Of a stretch of DNA of 64,000 nucleotides, positions 19,824 through 31,054 are shown piece after piece. The notes beneath the pieces were generated by a model. The model did not search any database. It was not told the origin of the DNA and saw only the letters and a program-made list of their open reading frames with translations. Source of the DNA: a virus. Every line of letters begins with the position of its first letter. Position 1 is the stretch's first letter. The stretch spans positions 1 to 64,000 of IMG/VR virus record IMGVR_UViG_3300032323_002950; one strand, 5' to 3'. The position numbers and the translations under genes are program-made.

Positions 19824-20405
19824 TTATTTAATCTTTTTAATCTTCGTTACAGTACCCTCAAATATGTGTTTACCAACTCTGAATTGGAATGTGTCTTTTG
19901 TTTTAGACTCGGTCTCACTTAATATTCCGTGTTCGGATAGTATCTCCTCCAAAGTTTCTCTAATAACTGATTTTAAATCAGAGTTATTAGTTTTTGGTTG
20001 ATTGTAATTTGTATTTGTTTGTTTTGAATTTTGAGTAACTCCCTTATCTTCATTCATTAATCTTGCGGCTCTTTCTAAAATATCGTTAGAGATTGTTGGA
20101 GAATAAGACTCAGGTTGTTTGATTGGGTGCTCAATCATTAATTTTTTAATGGCGTCAGGTAGTTTTGAATTTTGGATTCTATCAGGGGTCATTTGTGACG
20201 GTGTAATTGGTTTTGGTGTTGGGGTAGATGTTTCTAATAATTCCTGAGGTAAATTATACGTAGCATTAATTGGTTCCGCACTGTATAGTTCAGGTACACC
20301 TATTGATGACTCGGAAATTGCTCCGTTTGTGTTTCTAGGGATACTGTTATGTTTGTCCATGATTTTCTTAGAAATCATTAACTTTTGTATAAAATCTTCG
20401 TTCAT
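19824..20405 (-). CDS. Hypothetical protein (193 aa)
   Basis: ORF track; ATGA overlap with the WYL gene. Confidence 0.6.
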   Translation of the reverse strand: MNEDFIQKLMISKKIMDKHNSIPRNTNGAISESSIGVPELYSAEPINATYNLPQELLETSTPTPKPITPSQMTPDRIQNSKLPDAIKKLMIEHPIKQPESYSPTISNDILERAARLMNEDKGVTQNSKQTNTNYNQPKTNNSDLKSVIRETLEEILSEHGILSETESKTKDTFQFRVGKHIFEGTVTKIKKIK

Positions 20406-20800
20406 ATTTCTTCTCCTGTTAATTCAAATTCAGCACATACCTTTAATCCAACCATTCCTTTATCATTTGGATTGTATAGTGGTCTTGGCTCGTTAAAATT
20501 TTCTCTTGGGTCGGGAGTATAACTACCCATCCTATCTAAACGGAACAACCTCCAACCTGGTAATGGTTGTTCTCCTGTGGATGATGTATGTGACGCCCCT
20601 TCTCTTTCAAACGCTCTTAAAACTTTGTTACCTTTTTTAGAAGTACCAACGCAAAAAGGTTCGATAACCCGTAAACCTCTTCCACCATTTTCGTCACCAT
20701 AATAATATATTGTAGTAACGTTTTTATTTTTAATGGAATTGGATACCTCACCAAAACTTACTTCTAAAATAATATCTTTTAAAACGTTGTAAAGTTTCAT
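20402..20800 (-). CDS. Stand-alone WYL-domain protein
   Basis: TIYYYG...RVIEPFCVG...LRAF...WRLFRLDRM is the WYL signature (R.IEP ... R.FRLDRI). Confidence 0.75.
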   Translation of the reverse strand: MKLYNVLKDIILEVSFGEVSNSIKNKNVTTIYYYGDENGGRGLRVIEPFCVGTSKKGNKVLRAFEREGASHTSSTGEQPLPGWRLFRLDRMGSYTPDPRENFNEPRPLYNPNDKGMVGLKVCAEFELTGEEI

Positions 20801-20806
20801 TTTATA

Positions 20807-21097
20807 TTATTGTGGGTTTGTATTGTATGGATTTTTTGGGTTAAATTTGTTCATTGCAAAATCCTCTGTTCTAATAATAGTATCTAATAAAGTACCACCA
20901 TTAAGAGTGTCTAAGTAAGTACCTGTACCTCTACCCATATTGTCTCCATCAGAGATTGCGTCAGGGTTAGTTTGAGAATACTCATTATCACTTATTGCAT
21001 AGTCATTTTTAGTGACTAGTTCTTTTCTTTTTTGTTCCGCAATTTGAGTCATTTTATTTTGCGGTTGTGTTAATTCTAACGGAATGTATGTTGCCAT
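20807..21097 (-). CDS. Hypothetical protein (96 aa)
   Basis: ORF in tight operon. Confidence 0.6.
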   Translation of the reverse strand: MATYIPLELTQPQNKMTQIAEQKRKELVTKNDYAISDNEYSQTNPDAISDGDNMGRGTGTYLDTLNGGTLLDTIIRTEDFAMNKFNPKNPYNTNPQ

Positions 21098-21101
21098 AAT
21101 T

Positions 21102-21551
21102 TTAAATTAATTTTTTCATTATTTCGTTTATTATTTTTAACTCATCAATAACTCTTTGTTCTAATTTTAAAAAAGAATTATCAGTTGCCGATGAATGTCT
21201 TTCTGAACTTTTTCTATGTCTCTCAGATGGTCTTATGCTATTTTTATCTCTTTTTTCATGAGTGCTAATAAATGCATTTTCCTGACCTGATTTCATTTTT
21301 GCTCTTTTTGAGGTTGTTGAGTTATCTCTATTTGTAGATAATGTGTTACTAACCCAGTTCTCAAAAAATTCTCCACCCAAAGAATCCTTTTCACCATTTT
21401 TCATATCGTGTAAAAATTTCTTTAAGTTTGAATAAGAGATTTGTTTCTTATCAATTAAATTTTTAACCCTCTCATTTCCTGAATATGATTGTAATTTATT
21501 CAGTACGTTATCGGGTATATCATAAACTTGTCCGTAAAGTTCTCTATTCAC
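21102..21551 (-). CDS. Hypothetical basic protein (149 aa)
   Basis: ORF in tight operon. Confidence 0.6.
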   Translation of the reverse strand: MNRELYGQVYDIPDNVLNKLQSYSGNERVKNLIDKKQISYSNLKKFLHDMKNGEKDSLGGEFFENWVSNTLSTNRDNSTTSKRAKMKSGQENAFISTHEKRDKNSIRPSERHRKSSERHSSATDNSFLKLEQRVIDELKIINEIMKKLI

Positions 21552-22422
21552 CTGATTTTAAAATTTTAATTAACTCGTTTATTGATATCCCTTCTTTTTT
21601 TGCTAATTTCTTTAATGATGATAAATTTTTAGTAATCAAAGAAGTTAAGTTCTTTGATTTTTTTCTTATTTCACCGTCATTATCTTTTTTTTTATTTAAA
21701 ATATCTTCCACCATTTGAAGTGCCTTTGTTTTTCTAGACTCTTCAATCTTTTCCTTCTCAACCAATGTCATTCTATCAATAAAATTTGGGTCATCTTTAA
21801 TCTTCTTTGGAACTCTTTTCAATTTCTTTTTATGTTCCTCTTTATCAGGGGTCTTTCCTTGTTGTAAAGTTCTTTCCTTAGCATCATCAGGGCTCATTCC
21901 CAATTCTTTAACATATGTTTTAAAAGTTTCAGGACCTGATAAATCTTCCGTTTCTTCAAATCCAAATGAACCTGATAAATCAATTTCGGACACAACGTCA
22001 TCACCCTTTTCTTCACTCTCCCCCCAATAAACACGGTAACCTCTCCAAATAGGATTTCCTGGTTGCATTGTTTGTACAACTTCTTGGTCTAACGTACCTT
22101 TTGGAGCGAGCTTTGGATTTAAAATTGGAACACTCGAATCTTTAAAACTACCATTTGCGTCAACAATTTCTTCTAACTCATCTTTTGTTTTTAATAAAGT
22201 ATTTTTGATTTCCTTCGTTGATTTATCTTGTCTTGCTTTAATAATTTTCTTTATTTCTTTTTCTAATTTTGGTTTGTCTTTTTTACTGAATTTTACAACA
22301 TCGTCATTTTTTCTAGACTCTGTTAAAGTCTCAGAATAAGAAAAATATATAGAAACATCGTCTTTACCTTCAACAAGATAAAAATAGTATGGATTTTTAA
22401 AATATTCTTTTCCGTATTCCAT
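21544..22422 (-). CDS. Hypothetical charged protein (292 aa)
   Basis: ORF; first gene after a TATTTAT motif. Confidence 0.6.
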   Translation of the reverse strand: MEYGKEYFKNPYYFYLVEGKDDVSIYFSYSETLTESRKNDDVVKFSKKDKPKLEKEIKKIIKARQDKSTKEIKNTLLKTKDELEEIVDANGSFKDSSVPILNPKLAPKGTLDQEVVQTMQPGNPIWRGYRVYWGESEEKGDDVVSEIDLSGSFGFEETEDLSGPETFKTYVKELGMSPDDAKERTLQQGKTPDKEEHKKKLKRVPKKIKDDPNFIDRMTLVEKEKIEESRKTKALQMVEDILNKKKDNDGEIRKKSKNLTSLITKNLSSLKKLAKKEGISINELIKILKSGE

Positions 22423-22437
22423 TTGGTTTTTTATTAT

Positions 22438-22463
22438 ATAAATACACTAAAAAGTATATTTAT
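22438..22463. promoter_or_regulatory. Back-to-back TATTTAT motifs (divergent late promoter pair) forming a near-palindrome
   Basis: ATAAATACACT-AAAA-AGTATATTTAT in the 47-bp gap between divergent genes. Confidence 0.6.
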
Positions 22464-22469
22464 CAATAA

Positions 22470-24380
22470 ATGTCGCAGCAGAATATAAATCAATATGTGT
22501 ATAAAAAATGGTTTATTACTAATAGTAAGCCAATTTTTGATATTTCCTTAGCATCGGATGAAAGGGATTATAACGAAGAAGTAGTATTTTCAACTCAATT
22601 AATTGGTTTAAATGATGGGAACAGATTACCAATTCACTTTGATTTAAATAACTCAGGTTCGTCACAAATGATGACAATAAATTATGGTGATTATTTTACA
22701 GGTAATACATTAGTTTCTTTAAATTATTATAATCCAAATAATGATGATTTAAATTGCTATACCGCATCCACTTTATGTGATATAGGACTAACAGGTATTG
22801 ATAATGGATTAACCACACAAATCTCAGGCGAAACTTTGTACTACACAATGGGGTTATTTACAGGTACTTCTAAATGGGATAGATACCATTATGACAGAAG
22901 GATGAAGTATATTCAAATTACGGGTAATACAAATTCTGTAAATAGATTTTCAGGGAATACAAAACAAACAGTTTATAATATTGTTACAAAAACAGGAACT
23001 ACCGAAGGATTTTATCAACAACTGTATGGTGGTTTTTATCAGGGATTTTTTAAATTACTTGGATATGATTATGAAGTATTCCCAAATAGAACTAACAAAG
23101 GATGGTCGGCTGAAATGCTACTTAGACCAAGATTAGAAAATGAGTATTATCCTGAACCAAATCAAACAACTTTAAATGAAGTTTACCCTCAAAATAAAAA
23201 CACGTTTTTTTATTTTGGAACAAGGGCGGAAAACAAATTTTACCACCACGCAGATGGATATCCATTAAGTGATAGTGGTTATACAAGAGTGACATCAGGA
23301 CTATCCGAATGTTTTAAAACTTGTGCATGTTCAAATACGGGAGTTACAAATTCTAGATGTATTGAAGTTTATGAACCATTAAGATATACCGAACAACATA
23401 ATACATCGTGTAATTGTGGATGTAATGCAACAACACAAGTACCAAATGGAGATAAAAATCCATTTTTAGATACTTTATCTAATTCATTCTCTTTGAGATT
23501 TTCAGGAGACCCATCAAATCCTAAGATTTGTGTTAAAGTATTAAAATTTACAGGAGGGTGTGAGGTAACAGGAACTTGTCCGACAACGGGTATTACATAC
23601 ACAACAGGATACACAATTTCAGAGTACTGCTCAACTAATACAATTAACCAATATTGTGAAACTGTTAACCCAACTTATTTAAATCAAGAACATTGGTTAC
23701 TTGTTGATTGTGTGTGGGAAAGAAACACTTACTTTGACGAATGTGATTCATATTATCGTGGAGGACTTGGGTTAATATCAAACACGTATTATGTCAATTC
23801 TTTATCCAATAATACCGTATCGTTAATTGAGCCTCCTTTCACCCATACTGGTGGAACAATACCTGAACAAATTGAAGTAATTGATTTAAATGAGAAATGG
23901 TTATCTGAGGTAGATTACAGATTAGGTAGTTTAAAAATATATGTTAATGGAAGATTGTTTTTTGTCATTAATGGATTTGAGGAGATTATACCAAGAGGAT
24001 TAAATACTGAAAAAGAAAAACAGATTGGAGTACCATTTAATATTAGTTGGGGTGGAGGAACTCAGGGGTTAAGAGAAAGTTTAACATTATCAGGTTGTCC
24101 TACTACAATAGAAAATTTAACTTATCAACAAGATGCTGAATGTATGCCAAACGAGACATTATCAGGTACATCATTATCGGCTCTTACCACAAATATTTTA
24201 TTAGAACCGACATTTGCGGGAACATTTGAGGGAGGAATTTCTCAATTTAGAATGTATACTGAACCACTAACTTACGCGGAAATTGTACATAATTTTAATA
24301 TACTAAAAAATAAATTTTATTTGTTTGATACAAGGTGTCCAGATTGTTCTGGACTAATTAATGATATAACGTATGGCTGA
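22470..24380 (+). CDS. Cys-rich virion protein with LamG/concanavalin-like C-terminal elements
   Basis: [33 protein letters not shown]; many Cys. Confidence 0.55.
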   Translation: MSQQNINQYVYKKWFITNSKPIFDISLASDERDYNEEVVFSTQLIGLNDGNRLPIHFDLNNSGSSQMMTINYGDYFTGNTLVSLNYYNPNNDDLNCYTASTLCDIGLTGIDNGLTTQISGETLYYTMGLFTGTSKWDRYHYDRRMKYIQITGNTNSVNRFSGNTKQTVYNIVTKTGTTEGFYQQLYGGFYQGFFKLLGYDYEVFPNRTNKGWSAEMLLRPRLENEYYPEPNQTTLNEVYPQNKNTFFYFGTRAENKFYHHADGYPLSDSGYTRVTSGLSECFKTCACSNTGVTNSRCIEVYEPLRYTEQHNTSCNCGCNATTQVPNGDKNPFLDTLSNSFSLRFSGDPSNPKICVKVLKFTGGCEVTGTCPTTGITYTTGYTISEYCSTNTINQYCETVNPTYLNQEHWLLVDCVWERNTYFDECDSYYRGGLGLISNTYYVNSLSNNTVSLIEPPFTHTGGTIPEQIEVIDLNEKWLSEVDYRLGSLKIYVNGRLFFVINGFEEIIPRGLNTEKEKQIGVPFNISWGGGTQGLRESLTLSGCPTTIENLTYQQDAECMPNETLSGTSLSALTTNILLEPTFAGTFEGGISQFRMYTEPLTYAEIVHNFNILKNKFYLFDTRCPDCSGLINDITYG

Positions 24381-26649
24381 AATAGTTTTTAATTCGGAAA
24401 ATTTCCAATCGTACTCTTTTGATTTGTTTTTTTTAAACACTTCAACAAATGTTAATACCCAAATTGGTAGTAGTTTGAATTTTCCATATACCTATACTTA
24501 CGTTAATTGTTATACGGGAATTTTTTCTTTTTATTTTTCAGAAATTGACCAAACTTTAATTGTTAATTTTAGTTGTGAATCCCCAACACCTACACCAACA
24601 AAAACAGTAACCCCAACGCCATCAATAACTGCAACAATTACGTTATCAAATACTGTGACTCGAACTCCAACAACAACAACAACACCTACCAACACCCCAA
24701 CTAATACTGTGACCAAAACCCCAACAAGAACTCCAACAGTAACTCCAACAATAACAATAACCCCAACAAACTCAGAAACACCTCAACCTTCTAATACTCC
24801 AACAAAAACTCAAACCCCTACTAATACTCAAACCCCATCTAATACTCCGACAAATAGTGTTACACCATCTAATACAGTGACTCCAAGTAATACTTTAACA
24901 AGTACCTCAACCCCCACTAATACTCCAACAAACACGGTTACCCCAACTGTAAGTAGGTCATCTGAACCTCCCAATCCGTCAAATACCCCGACTAAAACTC
25001 AGACACCAACTAATACTCAAACACCTACTAATACTCCAACTAGTACTGAAACTCCAACCAATACCCCAACTCAAACAATTACGGTAACAAGTACAAATAC
25101 TCCTACTATCACTAAAACAAATACTGCAACTCCGACAACAACCGAGACTATTCAACCATCAAACACTCCAACAAAAACTCAAACTCCTACTAATACAGTC
25201 ACCTCAACTAATACTCCGACTAATACTGTAACGACAACTAATACTCAAACTCCTACTAATACCCCAACACCAACAGTTACTTCAACAGTTACTCCAACAG
25301 TCACTCCAACACCAACAGTTACAAGAACACCGGATGAAAGTCCAAATCCGACTAGTACTGCGACAAATACTGTGACACCAACTTTAACAGTCACTCCAAC
25401 TAATACTCCAACAAATAGTGTTACGCCAACAAACACCATAACACCAACAAATACGTTGACTCCGACTAATACTGCAAGTAACACACCGACTAATACTATA
25501 ACTCCAACAAATTCTGAAACTGCACAACCAAGTAATACACCAACACCGACTAATACTCCGACACCGACTAATACCTTAACCAGTACCTCCACCCCGACTA
25601 ATACAACAACAAATACGGTTACTCCTACTAACACTCCATCAAATGAACCAATTAATCCCTCAAATACTCCAACTCAAACTCAAACTCAAACACCGACCAA
25701 TACTCCAACTAATACTATGACACCAACTAATACTCCGTCAATTACTATAACAAGAACTCCAAGTGGGACAAATCAACCAAGTAATACTCCAACAAAGACA
25801 AGTACGGTAACCCCAACTAACACCCCAACAAATTCAGGCACACCAAATGAAACTCCAACAAATACTCCGACTAAAACACCGACAAAAACACCTCAACCAA
25901 GTAATACTCAAACACCAACATTAACAAAAACACCGACAAATACACCAACCAAAACCGTAACTCCAACAAATCAGGTAACCCCAACTCCGACTGCGACAAG
26001 AACTCAAACCCCACAACCATCTAACACTCCAACCAATACACCAAGTAAACAAATTAAGAGCGCTAAATTTGTACCTGCGGTTGACACATATTTGAATACT
26101 TCAACCAATTTTATAGTTAATAGAAGTTTTTTTATTTCTGATACATTTTATCAAAATTGTTCATTTACTATTGGAGGGTATAAGCCCGGTCCTATTATAA
26201 TTACAATGACTGTAAACATATTAGCGGGAGATACAATTAGTGATATACCTTCGAGAATTAAAAATCAGGCTCTTCAAATAAATGATGGAGGTCCGTTTGA
26301 CAATTTAAATGGGGTTATGACAGTATTAACAATAGGGCAAGATGAGTATATTACCTTAATAATAACTGATGAAACTGACAATACGTGGTCATCAGTTACG
26401 GCAACATTTGCTCAGTTCCCAACAACAGGATATCAGTTTTCAAAAGTTCAAATTGGCACGATAGGGGTAAATAACATAAATTATCCAAGCGGTTCATTTA
26501 TTGTCGGCGAAATTTATTCGTTATCAACTGATGGAGCGTTTAATGGATGTGTTATTGTTAACCAAACAGAACAAGGTAATGTTGTCACATATGATGATGC
26601 AACGGTAACTGGTGGACCATTCGATACTTTAAAAGATTGTACAGGATAA
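24373..26649 (+). CDS. Mucin-like Thr/Pro-rich putative virion surface protein 1 (758 aa)
   Basis: About 490-aa (T-x)n tract between small globular N- and C-terminal domains; no signal peptide evident. Confidence 0.7.
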   Translation: MAEIVFNSENFQSYSFDLFFLNTSTNVNTQIGSSLNFPYTYTYVNCYTGIFSFYFSEIDQTLIVNFSCESPTPTPTKTVTPTPSITATITLSNTVTRTPTTTTTPTNTPTNTVTKTPTRTPTVTPTITITPTNSETPQPSNTPTKTQTPTNTQTPSNTPTNSVTPSNTVTPSNTLTSTSTPTNTPTNTVTPTVSRSSEPPNPSNTPTKTQTPTNTQTPTNTPTSTETPTNTPTQTITVTSTNTPTITKTNTATPTTTETIQPSNTPTKTQTPTNTVTSTNTPTNTVTTTNTQTPTNTPTPTVTSTVTPTVTPTPTVTRTPDESPNPTSTATNTVTPTLTVTPTNTPTNSVTPTNTITPTNTLTPTNTASNTPTNTITPTNSETAQPSNTPTPTNTPTPTNTLTSTSTPTNTTTNTVTPTNTPSNEPINPSNTPTQTQTQTPTNTPTNTMTPTNTPSITITRTPSGTNQPSNTPTKTSTVTPTNTPTNSGTPNETPTNTPTKTPTKTPQPSNTQTPTLTKTPTNTPTKTVTPTNQVTPTPTATRTQTPQPSNTPTNTPSKQIKSAKFVPAVDTYLNTSTNFIVNRSFFISDTFYQNCSFTIGGYKPGPIIITMTVNILAGDTISDIPSRIKNQALQINDGGPFDNLNGVMTVLTIGQDEYITLIITDETDNTWSSVTATFAQFPTTGYQFSKVQIGTIGVNNINYPSGSFIVGEIYSLSTDGAFNGCVIVNQTEQGNVVTYDDATVTGGPFDTLKDCTG
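24580..26046 (+). repeat. Low-complexity Thr/Pro coding repeat (TPTNT-type) with PSN nodes
   Basis: Degenerate ACN-CCN-ACN-AAY codon repeats. Confidence 0.9.
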
Positions 26650-26705
26650 ATTAATTCTACTATTTAATTTATATTAAGTTGTCTCTATTTTTTGATTAAA
26701 AAAAT

Positions 26706-27950
26706 ATGAGCATTTTTATTCAAATAGCATCTTACAGAGACCCTGAATTAATTAAAACAATCAAATCCGCAATTGAAAACGCGAAAAATCCTGAAAATTT
26801 GGTTTTTGCAATTGCAAGACAATTTCATCCTGATGATAAATTTGATGATTTATCTGAGTATCAAAATGATGAACGTTTTAGAGTTTTAGATATTCCTTAT
26901 TTAGAGTCAAAAGGTGCTTGTTGGGCAAGAAATCAAATCCAACAACTTTATAAAAACGAAAAATACACTCTTCAAATTGATTCTCACATGCGTTTTGCAG
27001 AAAATTGGGATGAGGGAATGATTAATATGATTAAACAACTTCAAAAGAAGGGTCATAAAAAACCACTTCTTACAGGTTATGTTTCATCTTTTAATCCCGA
27101 TAATGACCCTCAGGGTAGAATTACCGACCCTTGGAGAATGACGTTTGATAGATTTATTCCCGAAGGTGCTGTATTTTTTTTACCTGAAACAATACCTGGA
27201 TGGCAAGACTTAACTGAACCTGTAACATCTAGATTTTATTCTGCTCACTTTTGTTTTACTCTTGGAAAGTTTGCAAAAGAAGTTCAACATGACCCCGATT
27301 ACTATTTTCACGGAGAGGAAATATCAATCGCCGCAAGAGCGTATACTCACGGGTATGACTTATTTCACCCTCATAAAGTTCTTATTTGGCACGAATATAC
27401 CCGTAAAGGAAGAACTAAACAGTGGGATGATGATAAGAAATGGGTTGATAGAAATAACTTATGTCACAAGAAAAATAGAGCTTTGTTTGGAATGGATAAT
27501 GAGGAACCTATGGAACATGGAAAATATGGTTTTGGTAAAGTAAGGACACTTCGTGATTATGAAAAATACTCAGGTTTATTATTCTCTCGTAGAGCGGTAC
27601 AACAAGAAACAATAGATAAAAAATATCCACCAAACACATATAACTACACATCGGAGGAAGAATGGATGGACTCATTTGCATCAATCTTCAAACACTGTAT
27701 TGATATTGGATATTCGCAAGTTCCTGAAAATGATTATGATTTTTGGGCGGTTGCATTCCATGATGAAAATGATGAAACAATTTATAGAAAAGACGCCGAT
27801 AAAAATGAAATCCTAAGAATGAAAAATGACCCTGATGGATATTGTAAAGTTTGGAGAGATTTCCAAACAACTAAACAACCAAAATATTGGGTCGTTTGGC
27901 CACATTCAGAATCAAAAGGTTGGGGACAAAGAATGACAGGTAATTTATGA
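26706..27950 (+). CDS. GT60-like polypeptide N-acetylglucosaminyltransferase (Gnt1/GlcNAc family)
   Basis: IFIQIASYRDPEL, GACWAR, LQIDSHMRF..WD, F.GEEI...R.YTHGYDLFHP, WHEY. Confidence 0.85.
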   Translation: MSIFIQIASYRDPELIKTIKSAIENAKNPENLVFAIARQFHPDDKFDDLSEYQNDERFRVLDIPYLESKGACWARNQIQQLYKNEKYTLQIDSHMRFAENWDEGMINMIKQLQKKGHKKPLLTGYVSSFNPDNDPQGRITDPWRMTFDRFIPEGAVFFLPETIPGWQDLTEPVTSRFYSAHFCFTLGKFAKEVQHDPDYYFHGEEISIAARAYTHGYDLFHPHKVLIWHEYTRKGRTKQWDDDKKWVDRNNLCHKKNRALFGMDNEEPMEHGKYGFGKVRTLRDYEKYSGLLFSRRAVQQETIDKKYPPNTYNYTSEEEWMDSFASIFKHCIDIGYSQVPENDYDFWAVAFHDENDETIYRKDADKNEILRMKNDPDGYCKVWRDFQTTKQPKYWVVWPHSESKGWGQRMTGNL

Positions 27951-29047
27951 AAAATAGATATGATTTTTTAATAGTTGGGTCGGGTCTTTTTGGTTCAGTT
28001 TGTGCGAGAGAATTAACTGACTTAGGTTACAAATGTTTAGTAATTGATAAACGAGACCATATTGGGGGAAATTGTTTTACTAAAAAAATAGAAGGAATTA
28101 ATGTTCACATATATGGTCCTCATATTTTTCACACGTCAAACGAAAGAGTATGGGAATATGTTAATAGGTTTATAAAATTTAACAATTATAGACATCATGC
28201 AATTGCAAACTATAAAGATGAATTATACTCCTTACCTTTCAATATGTTTACTTTCAATAAACTTTGGAATGTAAATACTCCAAAAGAAGTTGAAAAAATA
28301 ATAGATAAACAAAAATTTAAAGGTGTTCCGACTAACCTAGAAGAACAAGCGTTATCATTAGTTGGTAGTGAAATATATGAAAAACTAATAAAAGGGTATA
28401 CCAAAAAACAATGGATGAAAGACCCAAAAGACTTACCTCCATTTATCATTAAAAGATTGCCGGTTAGATTAACATTTGATAATAATTATTTTTTTGACAA
28501 ATACCAAGGAATACCTGAAAATGGATATACTGAGTTATTTGAAAAATTATTAGATGGAGTTGAAGTTAAATTAAACACAGATTTTTTTGAAGATAAAGAG
28601 TATTATAATTCAATATGTGATAAAGTAATTTATACAGGACCTATTGATAGATTTTTTGATTATGAATTTGGAGAATTGGAATATAGACCACTTAATTTTG
28701 TTCATAAAGTTTTAGATATTGAAAATTACCAAGGGGTTGGGCAAATGAATTATACCGATATTAATGTTCCCTATACTAGAATTATAGAACATAAACATTT
28801 TGAAAATTCTACATCTGAAAAAACAATAATTACTGAGGAATATCCAGTTGAGTGGACAAGTGAATCTGAACCATATTATCCAATTAATGATGAAATTAAT
28901 CAAAAAACACTTCAAAAATATATTGATAAAACAAATAAAATTAAAAATGTAATTTTTGGTGGTAGATTGGCGGAATATAAATACTATGACATGCATCAGG
29001 TGATAGACTCTGCATTAAAAAAGGTTGACGAAATAGTTAAAAAATGA
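27947..29047 (+). CDS. glf: UDP-galactopyranose mutase
   Basis: IVGSGLFG, HIGGNC, YGPHIFHT, YTKKQW, YQGIP, YTRIIEHKHF, EPYYP, GRLAEYKYYDM. Confidence 0.95.
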   Translation: MKNRYDFLIVGSGLFGSVCARELTDLGYKCLVIDKRDHIGGNCFTKKIEGINVHIYGPHIFHTSNERVWEYVNRFIKFNNYRHHAIANYKDELYSLPFNMFTFNKLWNVNTPKEVEKIIDKQKFKGVPTNLEEQALSLVGSEIYEKLIKGYTKKQWMKDPKDLPPFIIKRLPVRLTFDNNYFFDKYQGIPENGYTELFEKLLDGVEVKLNTDFFEDKEYYNSICDKVIYTGPIDRFFDYEFGELEYRPLNFVHKVLDIENYQGVGQMNYTDINVPYTRIIEHKHFENSTSEKTIITEEYPVEWTSESEPYYPINDEINQKTLQKYIDKTNKIKNVIFGGRLAEYKYYDMHQVIDSALKKVDEIVKK

Positions 29048-29988
29048 GAAATTTATTAATACATAATCCTTGTAATGAACAAACAAGATATTATCGAGAA
29101 TATAATTTGTTTTGGGACGAATTAACTGATGAATTAAAAAAAAATCATAATGTTAGTGAAAATAGATATTTTGAGGAGGCTCATTACAGTAGAATGAAAA
29201 TTCAATTACAAAAAAGAATTCATGACTATTTGGAATTAATGGAATGTGAATATGTGATTGAGGATTTAGACAGTGGAGATTTTTGGATTTTATCAGTTGC
29301 TGAACAAATGACTGGATGTATTCTATTAGAACAATCAAATCCTCATCTTAAAAAAGTTTTATATTCACAATATATCCCTGACCAAATAGTCCATCACACT
29401 GGTAAAAATGCTAACAAATATTTACCATGGATATTTTTCCAACAGGATGTGGTTGATTTGGAAAAATATTATGAAGAACGAAAAGAAAAAAATAATTTAA
29501 TACCTAAATTATTTTTTAAGGGAAATACTGAATATCGTCCAATTGTTAATTTTATAGATAAAGAAATTTTATCTGAAACTAACAAAATTGAAAATAAAAA
29601 CTATTTTGATTATTTAAGTGACCATGAAATATGTTTATCAATAGGAGGTGTAGCAAACGGGGATTTATGTTATAGAGATATTGAGTGTATGGCAATAGGA
29701 GTACCTATTTTAAGATTTGATTTTGTAACAACTTTAAATCCTGCATTAATTCCAAATTATCACTACATATCTATACCAATTCAATTAGATTTACCAAAAA
29801 AGAGAGACGTACTCAAGGATAGATTAGGCAATGAAACTCACGCTAAATTAATTGAAACCCGTTTTAATGAAATAATAAATAATAAAAACTTTTTAAATTT
29901 TATTTCAAAAAATGCAAGAGAATATTATAAAAATTATTTATCTAAAGAATCCAGAGTTAAACATACTTTAAATTTATTAAAAATATAA
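29044..29988 (+). CDS. Putative GT-B glycosyltransferase (GT47/GT90-like C-terminus)
   Basis: KLFFKG, CLSIGG, CYRDIECMAIGVP, LIPNYHYI, ISKNAREYY. Confidence 0.55.
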   Translation: MRNLLIHNPCNEQTRYYREYNLFWDELTDELKKNHNVSENRYFEEAHYSRMKIQLQKRIHDYLELMECEYVIEDLDSGDFWILSVAEQMTGCILLEQSNPHLKKVLYSQYIPDQIVHHTGKNANKYLPWIFFQQDVVDLEKYYEERKEKNNLIPKLFFKGNTEYRPIVNFIDKEILSETNKIENKNYFDYLSDHEICLSIGGVANGDLCYRDIECMAIGVPILRFDFVTTLNPALIPNYHYISIPIQLDLPKKRDVLKDRLGNETHAKLIETRFNEIINNKNFLNFISKNAREYYKNYLSKESRVKHTLNLLKI

Positions 29989-29992
29989 AAAA

Positions 29993-30550
29993 ATGAAATT
30001 TGAAAAAATAACAAACGAAATTTTAGACAAAATTGATTTAGAAAAATTGTCTAAAAAAATAAAAAATGATGAACACAGAACTTATTTTTTGGATAAATCA
30101 TCTAAGGAACATTATAGACTTTTATCTCATATCTCTGAAACAAACAATAAAACTTATTTTTTGGATGTTGGTACCTTTAAAGGGTTATCCGCATTGGCTT
30201 TGGCTAAAAATAAAAGTAATTTTGTGTACTCATTTAATTTAACACCTCAATTGGATTTAGAAAAGTTACCAAAAAATGTTGAGTTTATTATCGGAAACAT
30301 TATCGATGGTAACTACAAAAAAATGATACTAAAATGTAAATACATATTGTTAGATACACAACATACTGGAGAGTTTGAAATTGAATTTTATAATTATTTA
30401 AAAGATATAAAATATAATGGTTATCTTATTTTAGATGACATAAAATTAAACAAGGAGATGATTGATTTTTGGAATTTAATTGACCTACCTAAAAAAGATA
30501 TATCATTTTTAGGACACTCAACCGGAACCGGAGTTGTTTTTTTTAATTAA
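29993..30550 (+). CDS. Class I SAM-dependent methyltransferase
   Basis: LDVGTFKGLSA, LLDTQH, GYLILDDI. Confidence 0.75.
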   Translation: MKFEKITNEILDKIDLEKLSKKIKNDEHRTYFLDKSSKEHYRLLSHISETNNKTYFLDVGTFKGLSALALAKNKSNFVYSFNLTPQLDLEKLPKNVEFIIGNIIDGNYKKMILKCKYILLDTQHTGEFEIEFYNYLKDIKYNGYLILDDIKLNKEMIDFWNLIDLPKKDISFLGHSTGTGVVFFN

Positions 30551-30559
30551 AGTTAATTT

Positions 30560-31051
30560 ATGGATATTATAAAATATAAGGACAATATATACCCAAATTT
30601 CCAATCTTTGGGTAATGCCGCTCAATTTGCCATACCATATGCAAAACATGTTTGTATCGGTAAAGGATATGATGTAGGTTGTATGAAAGAGGAATGGTCA
30701 TTCCCAAATTCAATACCCATTGATTTATCATTTAACAATGAATGGCACGCAACTAATTTACCTGAAAAAAATGTTGATTACATTTTTTCTAGTCACTGCT
30801 TAGAACATATAACTGATTGGGTTAGTGTTATGGATTATTGGTATGATACTTTAAAAAATGGAGGGGTTTTATTTCTATATTTACCTGATTATTCTCAGGT
30901 TTACTGGAGACCATGGAACAATAGAAAACATGTTAATATTTTAAATTCAGAGATTTTAAATGATTACATGTTAGATAAAGGATATAAGAATATATTTAAA
31001 TCACAAGTAGATTTGAATAATTCTTTTATGATATTTGGCGAAAAAAAATAA
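30560..31051 (+). CDS. SAM-dependent methyltransferase (type 11-like)
   Basis: YDVGC, DYIFSSHCLEH, LKNGGVLFLYLP. Confidence 0.8.
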   Translation: MDIIKYKDNIYPNFQSLGNAAQFAIPYAKHVCIGKGYDVGCMKEEWSFPNSIPIDLSFNNEWHATNLPEKNVDYIFSSHCLEHITDWVSVMDYWYDTLKNGGVLFLYLPDYSQVYWRPWNNRKHVNILNSEILNDYMLDKGYKNIFKSQVDLNNSFMIFGEKK

Positions 31052-31054
31052 TTT

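Noticed and set aside
24580-26046. TxT ice-binding beta-solenoid interpretation of the Thr repeats
   Set aside because: High Pro content is incompatible with a regular beta-solenoid; an extended glycosylated stalk fits better, though antifreeze-glycoprotein-like activity cannot be excluded
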